A stretch of 64,000 nt of DNA, taken from the IMG/VR virus record IMGVR_UViG_3300031951_000008, one strand, 5' to 3'. The DNA comes from a virus (lineage: Duplodnaviria; Caudoviricetes). The notes beneath the pieces were generated by a model, which was not told the origin of the DNA, did not search any database, and worked only from the letters and a program-made list of their open reading frames with translations. How positions within the stretch are numbered: the first letter of the stretch is position 1; each line of letters starts with the position of its first letter. Both the position numbers and the translations under genes were made by a program. Shown here one piece after another: positions 46,664 through 56,874 of the stretch.

Positions 46664-49650
46664 AAAAGCGTAAACTTGAAAAAATGCCAGTAATTAAGCC
46701 TGAAGAGGGTGAAATAGAGAGGCATAACGCATATACGAGGCTAAACCCAAAGGGCCACAAGGAATTCGTTACAAGCGATGAAGAGACTCTAAATGAGTTA
46801 TATCTAGACGATTTGCTAGGTATAAATTTGAACGAATATATGGACATGGGCGAGAGCACACCCGCTATATCCTTTGAGCAACCTATGAGTACAAGGAACA
46901 GTAATCTAAGATTCACTCCTAGACTAACTGGTTCTCCAAATGAAGCTATAAGATCTAATGGCGATTCGCTTACAAATATGCGAGGTCCAACAAAGCTAGC
47001 TGCTGACTCTCCTGAGGATCAAAGGGCAAAGAGCAATCTGAAAGCTAATGCATTTAGAGGCTCGAAATACAAAGGTAATATATCTGGAAACAAAAATATT
47101 GTTAGCTACGGTGGTGACAATATTGATTATGGGGCCACTCATAACGAATGCGTTACGAGCACTGCTGGTATTGCGATAAATCCGTCTTTTGCCACATACG
47201 ATCAGCTCAGAGAGATCGGCAGAGAGATCGGTAAAAAGACGGGTAAGAAAAAGTCAAGAAGGAAACTTTCGGAGAACATTATGAATGACATCGATAGACT
47301 GCTGAACGAGTGGCAACCAGAATTCAAGGCCGGGGAATATGACCCAGGCGATTACAAGATGCCAAGTCCTACCGGCAATGGGGTCGCTAAGAAAGGCCTC
47401 AAAAAGGATAATACCGGTGCAAGAGACACCGAAATCAAGCACAGCGGCAAACCTTGGCCAAGGAAGCATAACGAAACAGCAGCCATGTGCGATGTTGAAG
47501 AAAGCGGCGTGGAAACTAAACCTCAAGGCTCACACGTTAGCAAGCATGCAAAAGCTGACGATGGAATCCAAACAGAATTAGGCCATAATTGGCCAAATCC
47601 TCCCAAGCATAGTGGTGGTGGCGTTGGCGAGCCAGTTTCTGGAACGCGTTACACCGATGGTGGTGTCCTTAAAGGCACAGCACCTAGCGATGGTAGCAAC
47701 CAAGGAGCCAAGGCAAAACTCCCATCTAGCGGACCAATCACTGGCACTAAAGGCCCTCAGCTAGGCCAGATGGAATGGTCGCCGGAAAAGGTAGGCCAGT
47801 TGCTCGGCGAAGGCCTGAATATCCAAGACCTGTTCGATGACTTTGTACGACATGGCAATTTGGCACAAGTCGACCTCGAATCTTTCCAACAACTATGTGA
47901 TGCACATGGTGCTGGCGTTACCTTAGATGAGAATTCTCTGCTTACGCTTATGGATAACAACGCCGAGTTCTTGTTTGAGGGAATGGAAGACTCTTACGGT
48001 GCTTACTGGCGTTATGAGCCACTGTCTGAAGCTAAAAAAAAGTGTAGGACATGTAATTGCTCGCCATGTGAGTGCGAAGGCGGTTGCATGGAAGAGTCAG
48101 TAGTCTCCGAGATGCAGATCGAGCCGGAAGAAGACTACATAGCTAGAACAGGTGGTCTGGATGATGACGACATGGAATCTGAGAGAGCCGCTCAACAGCT
48201 GAATCAAGAAGATGAAGACGAATTTGGTAGTAGGATGATGGATCAAGGTTATCTGGACGATGACTCTGAATATGATGAAGATGACCATGATCACCAATTC
48301 GGAGGAGGGCGGTTCGGCGGTGAAGATGTAGAGCTACAATGCCCTACTTGCATGTACATGGGCATGGAGGAAGAATGTCCTCAGTGTGGTAGCGAGATGA
48401 TGTCGAGCGAGGGCGATATTCCAGACGACTCTGGAGAGTGGGACGAAGATTACCTCGATCAAGGAGACGGGTCTGAGCCACAAGGCGTAGGAAACGAATA
48501 TGACTATAAGAATGGAATCGGCCCATACCACGAGTTCTCGGCAGCAGGTGAGATGTCTGATGATGAATACGAAAAACGAACAGGCCGAGTAAGAGGTATG
48601 GAAGAATCGATTCAAAGATTCAACAGGTATGCTAAAAACATACTTGAGAATAGATCCCTAAGTCGACAGGCAGTGACAGTTGCATTGAATCGATGCTGGA
48701 AGACTAATGCAAGTCGTATAAATCCTAAATCGCTGAATGAAGGCGTTGTGAAAACCCTACAACGAATTCAGCAAACATTCCCAGGATTTAGGCCGATTAT
48801 AGTCACAGAAAGCTCCGCGATGGACGCAGCGACGGGCAAACCGATTTCTAGCTCGACGCTTAAGCAGTCACCAGACCTAGCAGACCAGCCTAGTCCTGAT
48901 GACATACAAACGCATGGTGACAAGAGCCTTCTGGGCAAGGCACAGAAGAACAATTTGGACGGCACACCTATCATGAAGGGCACTGAGAAGGGCTTAAGTG
49001 GTACCGGTAGCGTTAGCGAGAGTGTGCAACGTAACCTTAACACGATGCGTAACAACGTCTCTAAGCTGTCACAAGCCATTAAGTTTGCGATAGCAGAATC
49101 AGCTAAGAATGTTAAGGGTGCAACCGTCACGCTACAGATATTAGTCCGTGAAGGTCAGCATGTGAATGCTACACCGAAGCGGGCTACTTTAACAGAGTCT
49201 GTGACGGATCTCGAAGAAATCCTTCAGCTTCATTCAGAGTCTGACGTGAGCGTGACGGCACAGTTTAAGGACAGATCTGGGGCGATAATCTTCAAGGCTG
49301 ATATGCCCTTGGCAACGATCGCTCCGAGAGGTCCGCTGGTTTCAGAAGGGAAAGCTTTGTTCAGGTTCCGTAAGAATGCTGAGTTATTTGCTGAAAATTG
49401 CACTAAGACTGGTGCAGTAGCAAAACTAGTAGGGCATAATTGGGGCCATGCAGTACAAGCTAAAGTAAGCTTCGAAAGTGCTAGCAAAGCCTTCTCGACT
49501 ATTTCGGAAAAGAAATGGCTTAAGGGTGCGGTAAACCCAGAACATAAAGGATACTGCACGCCCATGACAAAGTCTACTTGCACACCGAAGCGAAAGGCTT
49601 TGGCCAAGAGATTTAAGAAGGGTGGCGATCTTTACTCCGGTAATGAATAA
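46618..49650 (+). CDS. Very large low-complexity protein, putative internal head protein
   Basis: More than a dozen hydrophobic-x-E-(S/A/G/N) motifs, acidic tracts, CxxC...CxxC ribbon, C-terminal KGYCTPMTK.TCTP.RKALAKRFKK; true start probably the ATG at 46640. Confidence 0.6.
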   Translation: MANCLLSARRFGKNMKKRKLEKMPVIKPEEGEIERHNAYTRLNPKGHKEFVTSDEETLNELYLDDLLGINLNEYMDMGESTPAISFEQPMSTRNSNLRFTPRLTGSPNEAIRSNGDSLTNMRGPTKLAADSPEDQRAKSNLKANAFRGSKYKGNISGNKNIVSYGGDNIDYGATHNECVTSTAGIAINPSFATYDQLREIGREIGKKTGKKKSRRKLSENIMNDIDRLLNEWQPEFKAGEYDPGDYKMPSPTGNGVAKKGLKKDNTGARDTEIKHSGKPWPRKHNETAAMCDVEESGVETKPQGSHVSKHAKADDGIQTELGHNWPNPPKHSGGGVGEPVSGTRYTDGGVLKGTAPSDGSNQGAKAKLPSSGPITGTKGPQLGQMEWSPEKVGQLLGEGLNIQDLFDDFVRHGNLAQVDLESFQQLCDAHGAGVTLDENSLLTLMDNNAEFLFEGMEDSYGAYWRYEPLSEAKKKCRTCNCSPCECEGGCMEESVVSEMQIEPEEDYIARTGGLDDDDMESERAAQQLNQEDEDEFGSRMMDQGYLDDDSEYDEDDHDHQFGGGRFGGEDVELQCPTCMYMGMEEECPQCGSEMMSSEGDIPDDSGEWDEDYLDQGDGSEPQGVGNEYDYKNGIGPYHEFSAAGEMSDDEYEKRTGRVRGMEESIQRFNRYAKNILENRSLSRQAVTVALNRCWKTNASRINPKSLNEGVVKTLQRIQQTFPGFRPIIVTESSAMDAATGKPISSSTLKQSPDLADQPSPDDIQTHGDKSLLGKAQKNNLDGTPIMKGTEKGLSGTGSVSESVQRNLNTMRNNVSKLSQAIKFAIAESAKNVKGATVTLQILVREGQHVNATPKRATLTESVTDLEEILQLHSESDVSVTAQFKDRSGAIIFKADMPLATIAPRGPLVSEGKALFRFRKNAELFAENCTKTGAVAKLVGHNWGHAVQAKVSFESASKAFSTISEKKWLKGAVNPEHKGYCTPMTKSTCTPKRKALAKRFKKGGDLYSGNE

Positions 49651-49671
49651 GCACACTATCTGTAAAACACG

Positions 49672-49701
49672 AATGCCCCAGTAAAACATATCTGGGGCAT
49701 T
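49672..49701 (+). terminator. Intrinsic terminator
   Basis: AATGCCCCAG...CTGGGGCATT followed by TT. Confidence 0.7.
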
Positions 49702-49738
49702 TTCGTAGAAGTCGATTCATCGCAATAAGGGTCTAAAT

Positions 49739-50401
49739 ATGGCAGAGTTAAGCACTGGTTTTTGGTTCGCGGCTTTAGCCTTAGGCTTAGCAGCTTTATA
49801 TTGTGCGTCAACCGAAAGCCTACTGTTTATGACCATCATCACAATCATAGCCGCAGTAGGCTTAAGCTATACATTCCCTCTAGCCGTTTTCATCTGGAAT
49901 AACCCATTAATATTACTTGCTGGTGTGCTGGTGTATGTGGTTATCGGCACCGGTTGGGCGTTTTTCAAATGGTACTTGTATATTAGAGAACGCATTAGCC
50001 TGAGGAATGCTAAGATAGAAGAGCGTGTCCAAGAGCTTAAGGACAAAAAAGAGCCAGACTTAGTTCGTACTACTATTAAGGAATTTATAAATAATGGCTT
50101 TAACAAGAAGCCAGACGACTATCTGGGTGAGATAGTCGAGCCATACTGGTCCAAAGTTAGAAGGCACGAAGGTATCGAATACGTAAAGGACATACCATAT
50201 CAATTTAAACAACCGCTCATCGCTGATAACAAGGAGCGATTTACTACTTGGCTTATATTCTGGCCTTTTTCTGTCGCCGTATTTTGCCTATACGACTCTG
50301 CCAAGGCTGCTTGGCAGCTAGTTCAACGTACAGCTACATCGATTTATCATTATTGTGCGAAACGGTTGCAAGCGGTTTCAGATAAACTATGGCGAGATTA
50401 A
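49739..50401 (+). CDS. Membrane protein
   Basis: Several N-terminal hydrophobic helices and W..FWP near the C-terminus. Confidence 0.7.
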   Translation: MAELSTGFWFAALALGLAALYCASTESLLFMTIITIIAAVGLSYTFPLAVFIWNNPLILLAGVLVYVVIGTGWAFFKWYLYIRERISLRNAKIEERVQELKDKKEPDLVRTTIKEFINNGFNKKPDDYLGEIVEPYWSKVRRHEGIEYVKDIPYQFKQPLIADNKERFTTWLIFWPFSVAVFCLYDSAKAAWQLVQRTATSIYHYCAKRLQAVSDKLWRD

Positions 50402-50402
50402 T

Positions 50403-50705
50403 ATGCTACGTAGTGAGACTCTTTTAGAATTATTCAATATCAGGCATAAAGTATCTGATATTGTTATTCAAACGGTATGCGAATATCTAGAAGAGTATGG
50501 CATTGTTACTAACTTAATTGAAAACTTTGATATGTTCATTTACTTGACCATATCAAAAGATGGGAGTGAAGGCCGTATAGTCATCGATAGGATGAATAAG
50601 CAGTTCATACTAGAAGTGACCGGATTTATACCAACGAGGGGTGGGTTGCCCGCTATTGTAGAAGCTTTCACTTGCTACGCTAAGACAATGATTATTGCTG
50701 AGTAA
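50403..50705 (+). CDS. Hypothetical protein
   Basis: ATG at 50403 just after the upstream stop. Confidence 0.55.
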   Translation: MLRSETLLELFNIRHKVSDIVIQTVCEYLEEYGIVTNLIENFDMFIYLTISKDGSEGRIVIDRMNKQFILEVTGFIPTRGGLPAIVEAFTCYAKTMIIAE

Positions 50706-50728
50706 TTATAATAAGGAGACTTATTATA

Positions 50729-51112
50729 ATGGATCAGATTCCGAAGATTGGCGTAGAGTACGACGAAGACATTGACAGGTATGAACTGATCTTAGATGAT
50801 CACATATCGACTCTTAACCCATCTGAGTATGGTGCCGAAGGGCCAATAATCGATCCGAAGGACTATTTTATAACTTCAGGCGATGCGGTCGAAAAATCCA
50901 AAGCACTGTGTAAGCGGGTACACGATATTGTCAGGGAAACAGCAGATAGCCCAAATGCACCATATAAGCAAGCCGTTGCTTTCTTGCTGAGTCAGTGCGA
51001 AGGACTCAGAGACAATCTCATCAAGGCTAGAGGCAAAAACATCTTCCTAGAGACAGAATGGGACTTGCATCGATTGTATTGTATACCAAAGAACCCAAGA
51101 GCAAGAGAGTAA
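50729..51112 (+). CDS. Hypothetical protein
   Basis: AAGGAG RBS. Confidence 0.6.
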   Translation: MDQIPKIGVEYDEDIDRYELILDDHISTLNPSEYGAEGPIIDPKDYFITSGDAVEKSKALCKRVHDIVRETADSPNAPYKQAVAFLLSQCEGLRDNLIKARGKNIFLETEWDLHRLYCIPKNPRARE

Positions 51113-51113
51113 T

Positions 51114-51794
51114 ATGCCATTTTTCATTTTCGAAGGTAGCGACGGTGCCGGTAAGTCTACGATTATAGAAAAAGTCCGTAAGCATTTAGAACGGCATTCA
51201 CCGCGAAATGCAGACAAGATACTCTGCACAAAATCTCCTGGTGCGACCCCATTGGGTCAGCATATACGTAAATTAGTGAAGCACACGAGTGAAATAAATC
51301 CTCTTATTCAAATAGACGATCTTTCAAGACAAGTCTTATTTATGGTGGACACAATCAATTTCACTCGTACGATGCTGATTCCCGCCCTCGATGCGGGCAA
51401 AATCGTGCTCTTAGATCGTAGCAGCTTTATCAGCTCCATGATATACGGCACAAATGAAGGGGTGGCTATCGAAGAGATCAGGTCCATGTTTAATTTGATA
51501 CAGACACCTAAAGCTGATAAATGCTTTATTATCACTTGTGACCCCGAAGTAGCACTTGGTAGAATGCTTAAACGTCGAGGGTCCGTTAGTGAGGCTGCAG
51601 ATCATTATGACGATAAGCCATTAGAATTCGCAAAAAGCATTGTCAATTCTTATAGAAGCATCCATGACTATCCTCCAGATATCGCATATAAAATAGTAGA
51701 TCAGCCAAACTTAGTATCGTTTGTTTCTACTAACAGGTCAGCCGATAGTATAGCTGACGCTATTACATCGACAATATTGCCTTTATTGCCTTAA
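51114..51794 (+). CDS. tmk: Thymidylate kinase
   Basis: FIFEGSDGAGKSTII, SPGATPLGQHIR, LFMVD, VLLDRSS.SS..YG. Confidence 0.88.
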   Translation: MPFFIFEGSDGAGKSTIIEKVRKHLERHSPRNADKILCTKSPGATPLGQHIRKLVKHTSEINPLIQIDDLSRQVLFMVDTINFTRTMLIPALDAGKIVLLDRSSFISSMIYGTNEGVAIEEIRSMFNLIQTPKADKCFIITCDPEVALGRMLKRRGSVSEAADHYDDKPLEFAKSIVNSYRSIHDYPPDIAYKIVDQPNLVSFVSTNRSADSIADAITSTILPLLP

Positions 51795-52116
51795 TAAATC
51801 TTAGTAATCTATTTTGCTTTTGTTCCGGTAAGGCCTTTTGTTCTATATTGGACATTCTGCAAGACGCTTTATATAATGCCTTACTGACAGTACTGGCTTC
51901 TACGACCTGTATAAGATGCTTAGTTCGTAGTGTCGTAGCAAGTTCGATAAATGTATAAGCCTTCATGTAGCCTTCAACGTATTGTAGAGAATCAGGGCCA
52001 GAATACGACTGGCCTTTAAGTTGAATCCCTTTGTAGTACCAATAACGAGGTGCCTTTTGAGCGACTTTCGGGCTTTCAGTATACCGCGTATCGATCTTGA
52101 AATTAGACATATTCAC
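51763..52116 (-). CDS. Hypothetical protein, antisense between tmk and dut
   Basis: 117-aa ORF overlapping both neighbours; start uncertain. Confidence 0.4.
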   Translation of the reverse strand: MNMSNFKIDTRYTESPKVAQKAPRYWYYKGIQLKGQSYSGPDSLQYVEGYMKAYTFIELATTLRTKHLIQVVEASTVSKALYKASCRMSNIEQKALPEQKQNRLLRFIKAIKAILSM

Positions 52117-52515
52117 CCTGATGCTATCACACCCACCAAAGCTAGGCCTACCGACGCTGGATATGATATATACGCCGTTGAAGATATCGAGCTGCCCCCC
52201 GCGACATCGACGTACGTCAAGACCGGTGTTCAGATATCGGCCCCGCCCGGCTATTATTTTACTATCGATGGAAGGTCGAGTATGTGGAGTAAAGGAGTAG
52301 TTCCAGACAGAGGGATCATCGATTCAACATACACTGGCGAGTTGCTTGTAGCATTATACAATCGTAACATTACAGCATATCACGTCAAGAAAGGCGATCG
52401 GATTGCTCAAATCTTATTACATAGGCAATTAGACGCTAATTTCAATGTCGTCGAACAATTCAGTAGTCTTTACAACAGTCGCGGCACAGATGGCTTCGGC
52501 AGCACCGGGAGGTAG
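52021..52515 (+). CDS. dut: Trimeric dUTPase
   Basis: AGYDIYA, GRSS, GIIDSTYTGEL, GDRIAQI, RGTDGFGSTG; true start probably downstream of 52021. Confidence 0.93.
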   Translation: MNPFVVPITRCLLSDFRAFSIPRIDLEIRHIHPDAITPTKARPTDAGYDIYAVEDIELPPATSTYVKTGVQISAPPGYYFTIDGRSSMWSKGVVPDRGIIDSTYTGELLVALYNRNITAYHVKKGDRIAQILLHRQLDANFNVVEQFSSLYNSRGTDGFGSTGR

Positions 52516-52517
52516 GC

Positions 52518-52817
52518 ATGTACCAGTTAGGGTGGGTAACAACTTATGGTAAAATAGTCATAAGTAAAGACGAAGGAATAATGTTGGAAGGTGTCTACTA
52601 CGGTGGCTCCAGTAATGATAAGACGGGTGCAGAAGAGCTAGCTAGGAATTGTGTGAACACTATTAAAGGTGCCACAATAATGCCTAGAATAGCCGAAGTT
52701 ACCGAGCCTAACCAACTAATTGGGCTTCTTCTTGATTGTGCCGATTGGATGGAAAAGACGGTTCAAAGCATGAAAGAAGCAGACGCTGTTATATCTAAAG
52801 CTAGCAAGAAACGTTAG
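52518..52817 (+). CDS. Hypothetical protein
   Basis: GGAGG RBS. Confidence 0.65.
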   Translation: MYQLGWVTTYGKIVISKDEGIMLEGVYYGGSSNDKTGAEELARNCVNTIKGATIMPRIAEVTEPNQLIGLLLDCADWMEKTVQSMKEADAVISKASKKR

Positions 52818-52819
52818 CT

Positions 52820-53044
52820 ATGAGTCCAGATTTTGACTCCGATTTCGATTTAAAATTTAAACGTGATTATCCAGTGATCACGTTGGTGGTAAATCTTTTA
52901 AGTATCCCTATTTTATATCTAATCGTCTTATTGACAGCGATTTTCAATCTCGCCTGCTTGATTATCTTCAGCTTTGTAATGTTTAGTATAATATATATCT
53001 TATGTCTATTTATAGATTATATAATGATGTTAGTTGCTAATTAG
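52820..53044 (+). CDS. Small hydrophobic membrane protein
   Basis: Long Leu/Ile/Phe stretch. Confidence 0.5.
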   Translation: MSPDFDSDFDLKFKRDYPVITLVVNLLSIPILYLIVLLTAIFNLACLIIFSFVMFSIIYILCLFIDYIMMLVAN

Positions 53045-53088
53045 CTTCTAGCAGGCCTTCCTTTGCCTTCTTTTAAATTCAAGCTACA

Positions 53089-53517
53089 TTAGGCCGTTGT
53101 ATTATCAGTCCTTGTTTCTTGTTCAAGAGAGGCCAAAGGAAGAGGCTCTTTGGATATCGTGATGGTGCCTGTTCCTGCAAGCCCACAACACTGGTGGCCC
53201 GGATTGCAGCAACATTTTATATCTGGCTCAATGTATCTAATAGTCGCTGTACCCTCGTGGTCAGTATATCCTGTTATTTTTCTATCATCGATTTCGATAT
53301 CGTATTTAAAGTTATGTGCTGCTCTGCCTCTATACCATACACTTATTACCGTCTCCCATCCCATGATCCCACCAGCCGGTACTGGTTGCTTCATACCTAG
53401 CATAGGCACTGTCCGCATGGCATTGTACACTTTTATGCGATAGTCGATATCGCCATACTCGGCAAGAATGTAACGGTGCTTCGCTAAAGCCACGGTTTTA
53501 GAAGGGGGAGTCGTCAT
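53089..53517 (-). CDS. Hypothetical protein
   Basis: Coupled to the kinase gene; CCC..HQCC cluster. Confidence 0.55.
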   Translation of the reverse strand: MTTPPSKTVALAKHRYILAEYGDIDYRIKVYNAMRTVPMLGMKQPVPAGGIMGWETVISVWYRGRAAHNFKYDIEIDDRKITGYTDHEGTATIRYIEPDIKCCCNPGHQCCGLAGTGTITISKEPLPLASLEQETRTDNTTA

Positions 53518-54304
53518 ATGCCTTACTTACGGCGGCAGGAACGCGACGCTTTCGTATGCGTTTGCGTCTTTTAAGTTGACCACCCTTTACTAGCTCAGGC
53601 TCGTCGTAATAATATGAATCATTATACATCTCCCGATTTGCCCGCTCCTGAGCATATGGAGTGGAGCCTTCCCACAATGGGTCTATTAAAACCAATTGTC
53701 CATTGGCTCTATACATCAAATTATTTTCATGTAGATCTAATACACCAGGAATATTATTTTGTTTTAGCAAGTATAGACCTTCTGCTACATTCCGAATATT
53801 AGGATCTTTTAGTCGACGCTCTACCAGAGCGAATGTTTCTGACATCGAATCTACGTCAGATATAGTCGACTTCCCACTAATGCTTTGAAAAATTAGGTCT
53901 ATGTATTTATCTAAGAAATTAACCGTTCGGCGGTGATCATCCCAATCTTTTGGCTCATACAATCTCTCGATTCGAGCGACATAGACCTTAGACCATCTTA
54001 GAGTTCTAGTCCATCTTGGGACTACCGATTTAGGTGGGCCGTAAATTTTAGGGAAGGACACATGAGGATGAGAATATGCGAATCTAATGAATTTTAGGTA
54101 AATGTCGTCTTGTGGGAATAATTTTATCACATATGGCCAATCAGGATGATATAATACTTGTCCATACCTTCCTTCGCCTAGAAGCTGTCCGCCGTCAGCT
54201 TCAAACTTGTCGACTAGCTTCCACCATGTAAGATGATCATTAGCCGGATCAGACAAAAGGTCTTTTGGAGCCCCAAAGCCCTCTATGATGTATGACAGTT
54301 TCAT
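53498..54304 (-). CDS. Ser/Thr protein kinase, T7 gp0.7 catalytic-domain-like
   Basis: LLGEGRYGQV glycine loop, HP..P.VIK(61), FPKIY, D190-LHENN-LM catalytic loop, LID208P. Confidence 0.8.
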   Translation of the reverse strand: MKLSYIIEGFGAPKDLLSDPANDHLTWWKLVDKFEADGGQLLGEGRYGQVLYHPDWPYVIKLFPQDDIYLKFIRFAYSHPHVSFPKIYGPPKSVVPRWTRTLRWSKVYVARIERLYEPKDWDDHRRTVNFLDKYIDLIFQSISGKSTISDVDSMSETFALVERRLKDPNIRNVAEGLYLLKQNNIPGVLDLHENNLMYRANGQLVLIDPLWEGSTPYAQERANREMYNDSYYYDEPELVKGGQLKRRKRIRKRRVPAAVSKAYDDSPF

Positions 54305-56814
54305 TATGTCACTTCTAGCTGACCGTACGAAAATTCAGAGAACAATGATATCTGAGTTCTTACGTCCATTCTTCGTACAGTTGCGCCAGGCCAAAGTCTC
54401 GCACCGAACTTACCGAATGATCTATTTGGATCGTAGTCGATTGGGAAGTAAGGAGTTTGTACATTGACAGGTGTTGGAAGGCTCGCACTCAGAACAGAAC
54501 TAGGTGGGACGAGGAGCTGGTTCCACCAGATCCACAGTTGACTTTCTCTTACCATTATTTCTAAACGATTCCAATATTCGCTCTGAGACCCACCTATCTG
54601 AGCACCACCGTCGTAGACGACAAACCCTTCTGGTGTAGCAGAAGGCTGAGAGCCTATACCAGAGTAAGTGCCAGCTTGTGAGTAGATTCCGCTCACAGCA
54701 TATCCTGGAGCGAGACCACGGACAAAGTCGTCGACATCATCGAGTACGTCCTCTTCATAAGGCAGAGACATGTCCAAATGGCCGACTTTGAACTGGACAT
54801 CAACTACCTGCGAAGATTCGTTATATGAAAATTCTGCTCTTACGATAGTAGCTGAATATTCTTGGTGTAGTAATTCGACAATGTCTCCTACTTCACCAGG
54901 ATAGGGCAAGTTGTTACTTACTCCTCCGATTAGTACGATGGTGTCACAGCCACCGGGCAGATTTGGCGGGTTTGTGAAGTCAGTTATGTCCGAACCACCT
55001 AACCCTGTCCCTTGTGTCTCTTGTAAAGAGGTCGGGAACATTAGTTTACGCTTGTAATTATAGATAACATTTTGATTGCTATAAGGATACAAGCATCTTA
55101 AGGCACCAAATTGCGGAAGATCGTGGAAATGTGCACCGCAAACTCTCACGTAATGGCTGCCGTCTTTCAGAATACCTTTACCTATCACTCTCAGGTATTT
55201 AGTAGTAGTTTCATCAATAGGTGCCCTAATTAAGATATCGTACGGCGTAAAGTTAGAGCTAGACGGGCGACCGATATCTAGCCTCAGCTTAGCGTTGCAC
55301 AGATTCTTACGATTCCATAAGTATACCGGTCTCTCACTAAAGTCGGTCGGAGCCTCTGTAGAGGCTACTACCTTAAGGCCGGGCAGATCTGTATCGATAA
55401 TCGCTCTATGCTGGAGGCTTATATCTGCCTCTTCTGTACCGCCAGTTGAAGCCACGTCGTAGCTCAACAATGGATCATCATATCCGGTCAGCCCCCACAA
55501 TGTTTGACTAAATTCCCTGATAGCTGAGACCTGTTCTGCGCTGGTTTTGTCTTCGCTTCCAGCCCCCGGCGGCAGTTCTTCTCTCGCTATATCGACATCA
55601 CCAAACTGAGTCTGGCCTACCCACGTCCAAACGTGGTTTGGATTGAGTGTCGGCTTCTTAGAGAAATAATATCGCAGTATGGGTTGCCCTGATACTTCAG
55701 CGATCTTGAAGAACCATAGCTCCACTAGAGAGCCAATAGGCAGTAGGTCTATTGAAGCATCTAAGATCAGTGATTGAGGATTCGCCCCTGTAGATGGATT
55801 TTCTGGGTTAATATATTGCCATACGTTTTTAGCTGAGAATGGATCGCCAACAGCAGCATTCTTATCGACATTCCATTCCCGACAAGTATAGAGATTTGTA
55901 GAGAGGATAGAGCTAGTATAATCGACAATCACGGCCATCTTCTTAGATATTAAATGGCCTTTATACAACAGGCTGCCGAGCATGTTGGAGTTAGGCTCCA
56001 TGCTCAGGTCAAAGCGTGTTAAATTACCATCTGCGTCTTTGCCTGTAAACCAAACATTCTCTACTTTGCCGCCAGCACCTGGGGACATGGCCCAACCGAT
56101 TTCGGTTTGTAAGCTATTGAGTTGATTCCTTTTAAGTACGACTTCAAATTCGGCAGTGCCAGGAGCTATCGTGTCATCATACCTTTTAAATATAAGTGAC
56201 GGATACTTGCCCTTATTATTAAGAGTCGCACTTGGGTTGTTTGGGTCGGCTATAGTTGTCTCAGGGAACAGATGGATTTTAAGCTCCCCATAGGCATTAA
56301 CACCAGGAAGCTTACCACCGCACGATGGTGGTCGTATACTAGCAATATCTGTCTCGTCTTGAATCCAGTATATCTGAGTGCATTCTTCGCATGCACAATT
56401 TAGTGGGATTGGACTATCGACGGTAAACCTGACTACGTTACCAATCCGTTCTAAGCTGATAAACTCGGTTCCGGCAGCAAGGATTATGTCACCTTGCATC
56501 CAGCCACCGTCGTCTGGGAATCCTGCTCCTTGAAATCCTAACACTCCTAGCCTTGTTTGCAGTAAGGCATCAAGTTTGCATTTGTCATCAGGTGCCATTA
56601 GTCCAGGCGTTTCGCAAGTAGCAGATGGTATTGGGTCTTCTGCTATGTGAGAATGGCCGTGAAAACTGGGGAAGATAACCTGAGATTCCTTGAAGTACAA
56701 AGCTCTCTGTTGTTCATCATAGGAATAACCTGAGGTTATTCTATTAGGGCCTTCTACTTGAATAAACTGACCGTCCAAAAGGACTTGATGCTGCGGTATT
56801 TTGGTTATAGCCAT
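54304..56814 (-). CDS. Large structural protein (fibre/baseplate-like)
   Basis: HGHSH..DPIPSATCETPGLMAPDDKCKLD motif shared with 42486/44079; beta-rich body. Confidence 0.6.
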   Translation of the reverse strand: MAITKIPQHQVLLDGQFIQVEGPNRITSGYSYDEQQRALYFKESQVIFPSFHGHSHIAEDPIPSATCETPGLMAPDDKCKLDALLQTRLGVLGFQGAGFPDDGGWMQGDIILAAGTEFISLERIGNVVRFTVDSPIPLNCACEECTQIYWIQDETDIASIRPPSCGGKLPGVNAYGELKIHLFPETTIADPNNPSATLNNKGKYPSLIFKRYDDTIAPGTAEFEVVLKRNQLNSLQTEIGWAMSPGAGGKVENVWFTGKDADGNLTRFDLSMEPNSNMLGSLLYKGHLISKKMAVIVDYTSSILSTNLYTCREWNVDKNAAVGDPFSAKNVWQYINPENPSTGANPQSLILDASIDLLPIGSLVELWFFKIAEVSGQPILRYYFSKKPTLNPNHVWTWVGQTQFGDVDIAREELPPGAGSEDKTSAEQVSAIREFSQTLWGLTGYDDPLLSYDVASTGGTEEADISLQHRAIIDTDLPGLKVVASTEAPTDFSERPVYLWNRKNLCNAKLRLDIGRPSSSNFTPYDILIRAPIDETTTKYLRVIGKGILKDGSHYVRVCGAHFHDLPQFGALRCLYPYSNQNVIYNYKRKLMFPTSLQETQGTGLGGSDITDFTNPPNLPGGCDTIVLIGGVSNNLPYPGEVGDIVELLHQEYSATIVRAEFSYNESSQVVDVQFKVGHLDMSLPYEEDVLDDVDDFVRGLAPGYAVSGIYSQAGTYSGIGSQPSATPEGFVVYDGGAQIGGSQSEYWNRLEIMVRESQLWIWWNQLLVPPSSVLSASLPTPVNVQTPYFPIDYDPNRSFGKFGARLWPGATVRRMDVRTQISLFSEFSYGQLEVT

Positions 56815-56874
56815 TTTTTCGCCCTGAAAGAAGATTTGTTATTTAAGATTTGAATTCACGGATATATAGTTTAG

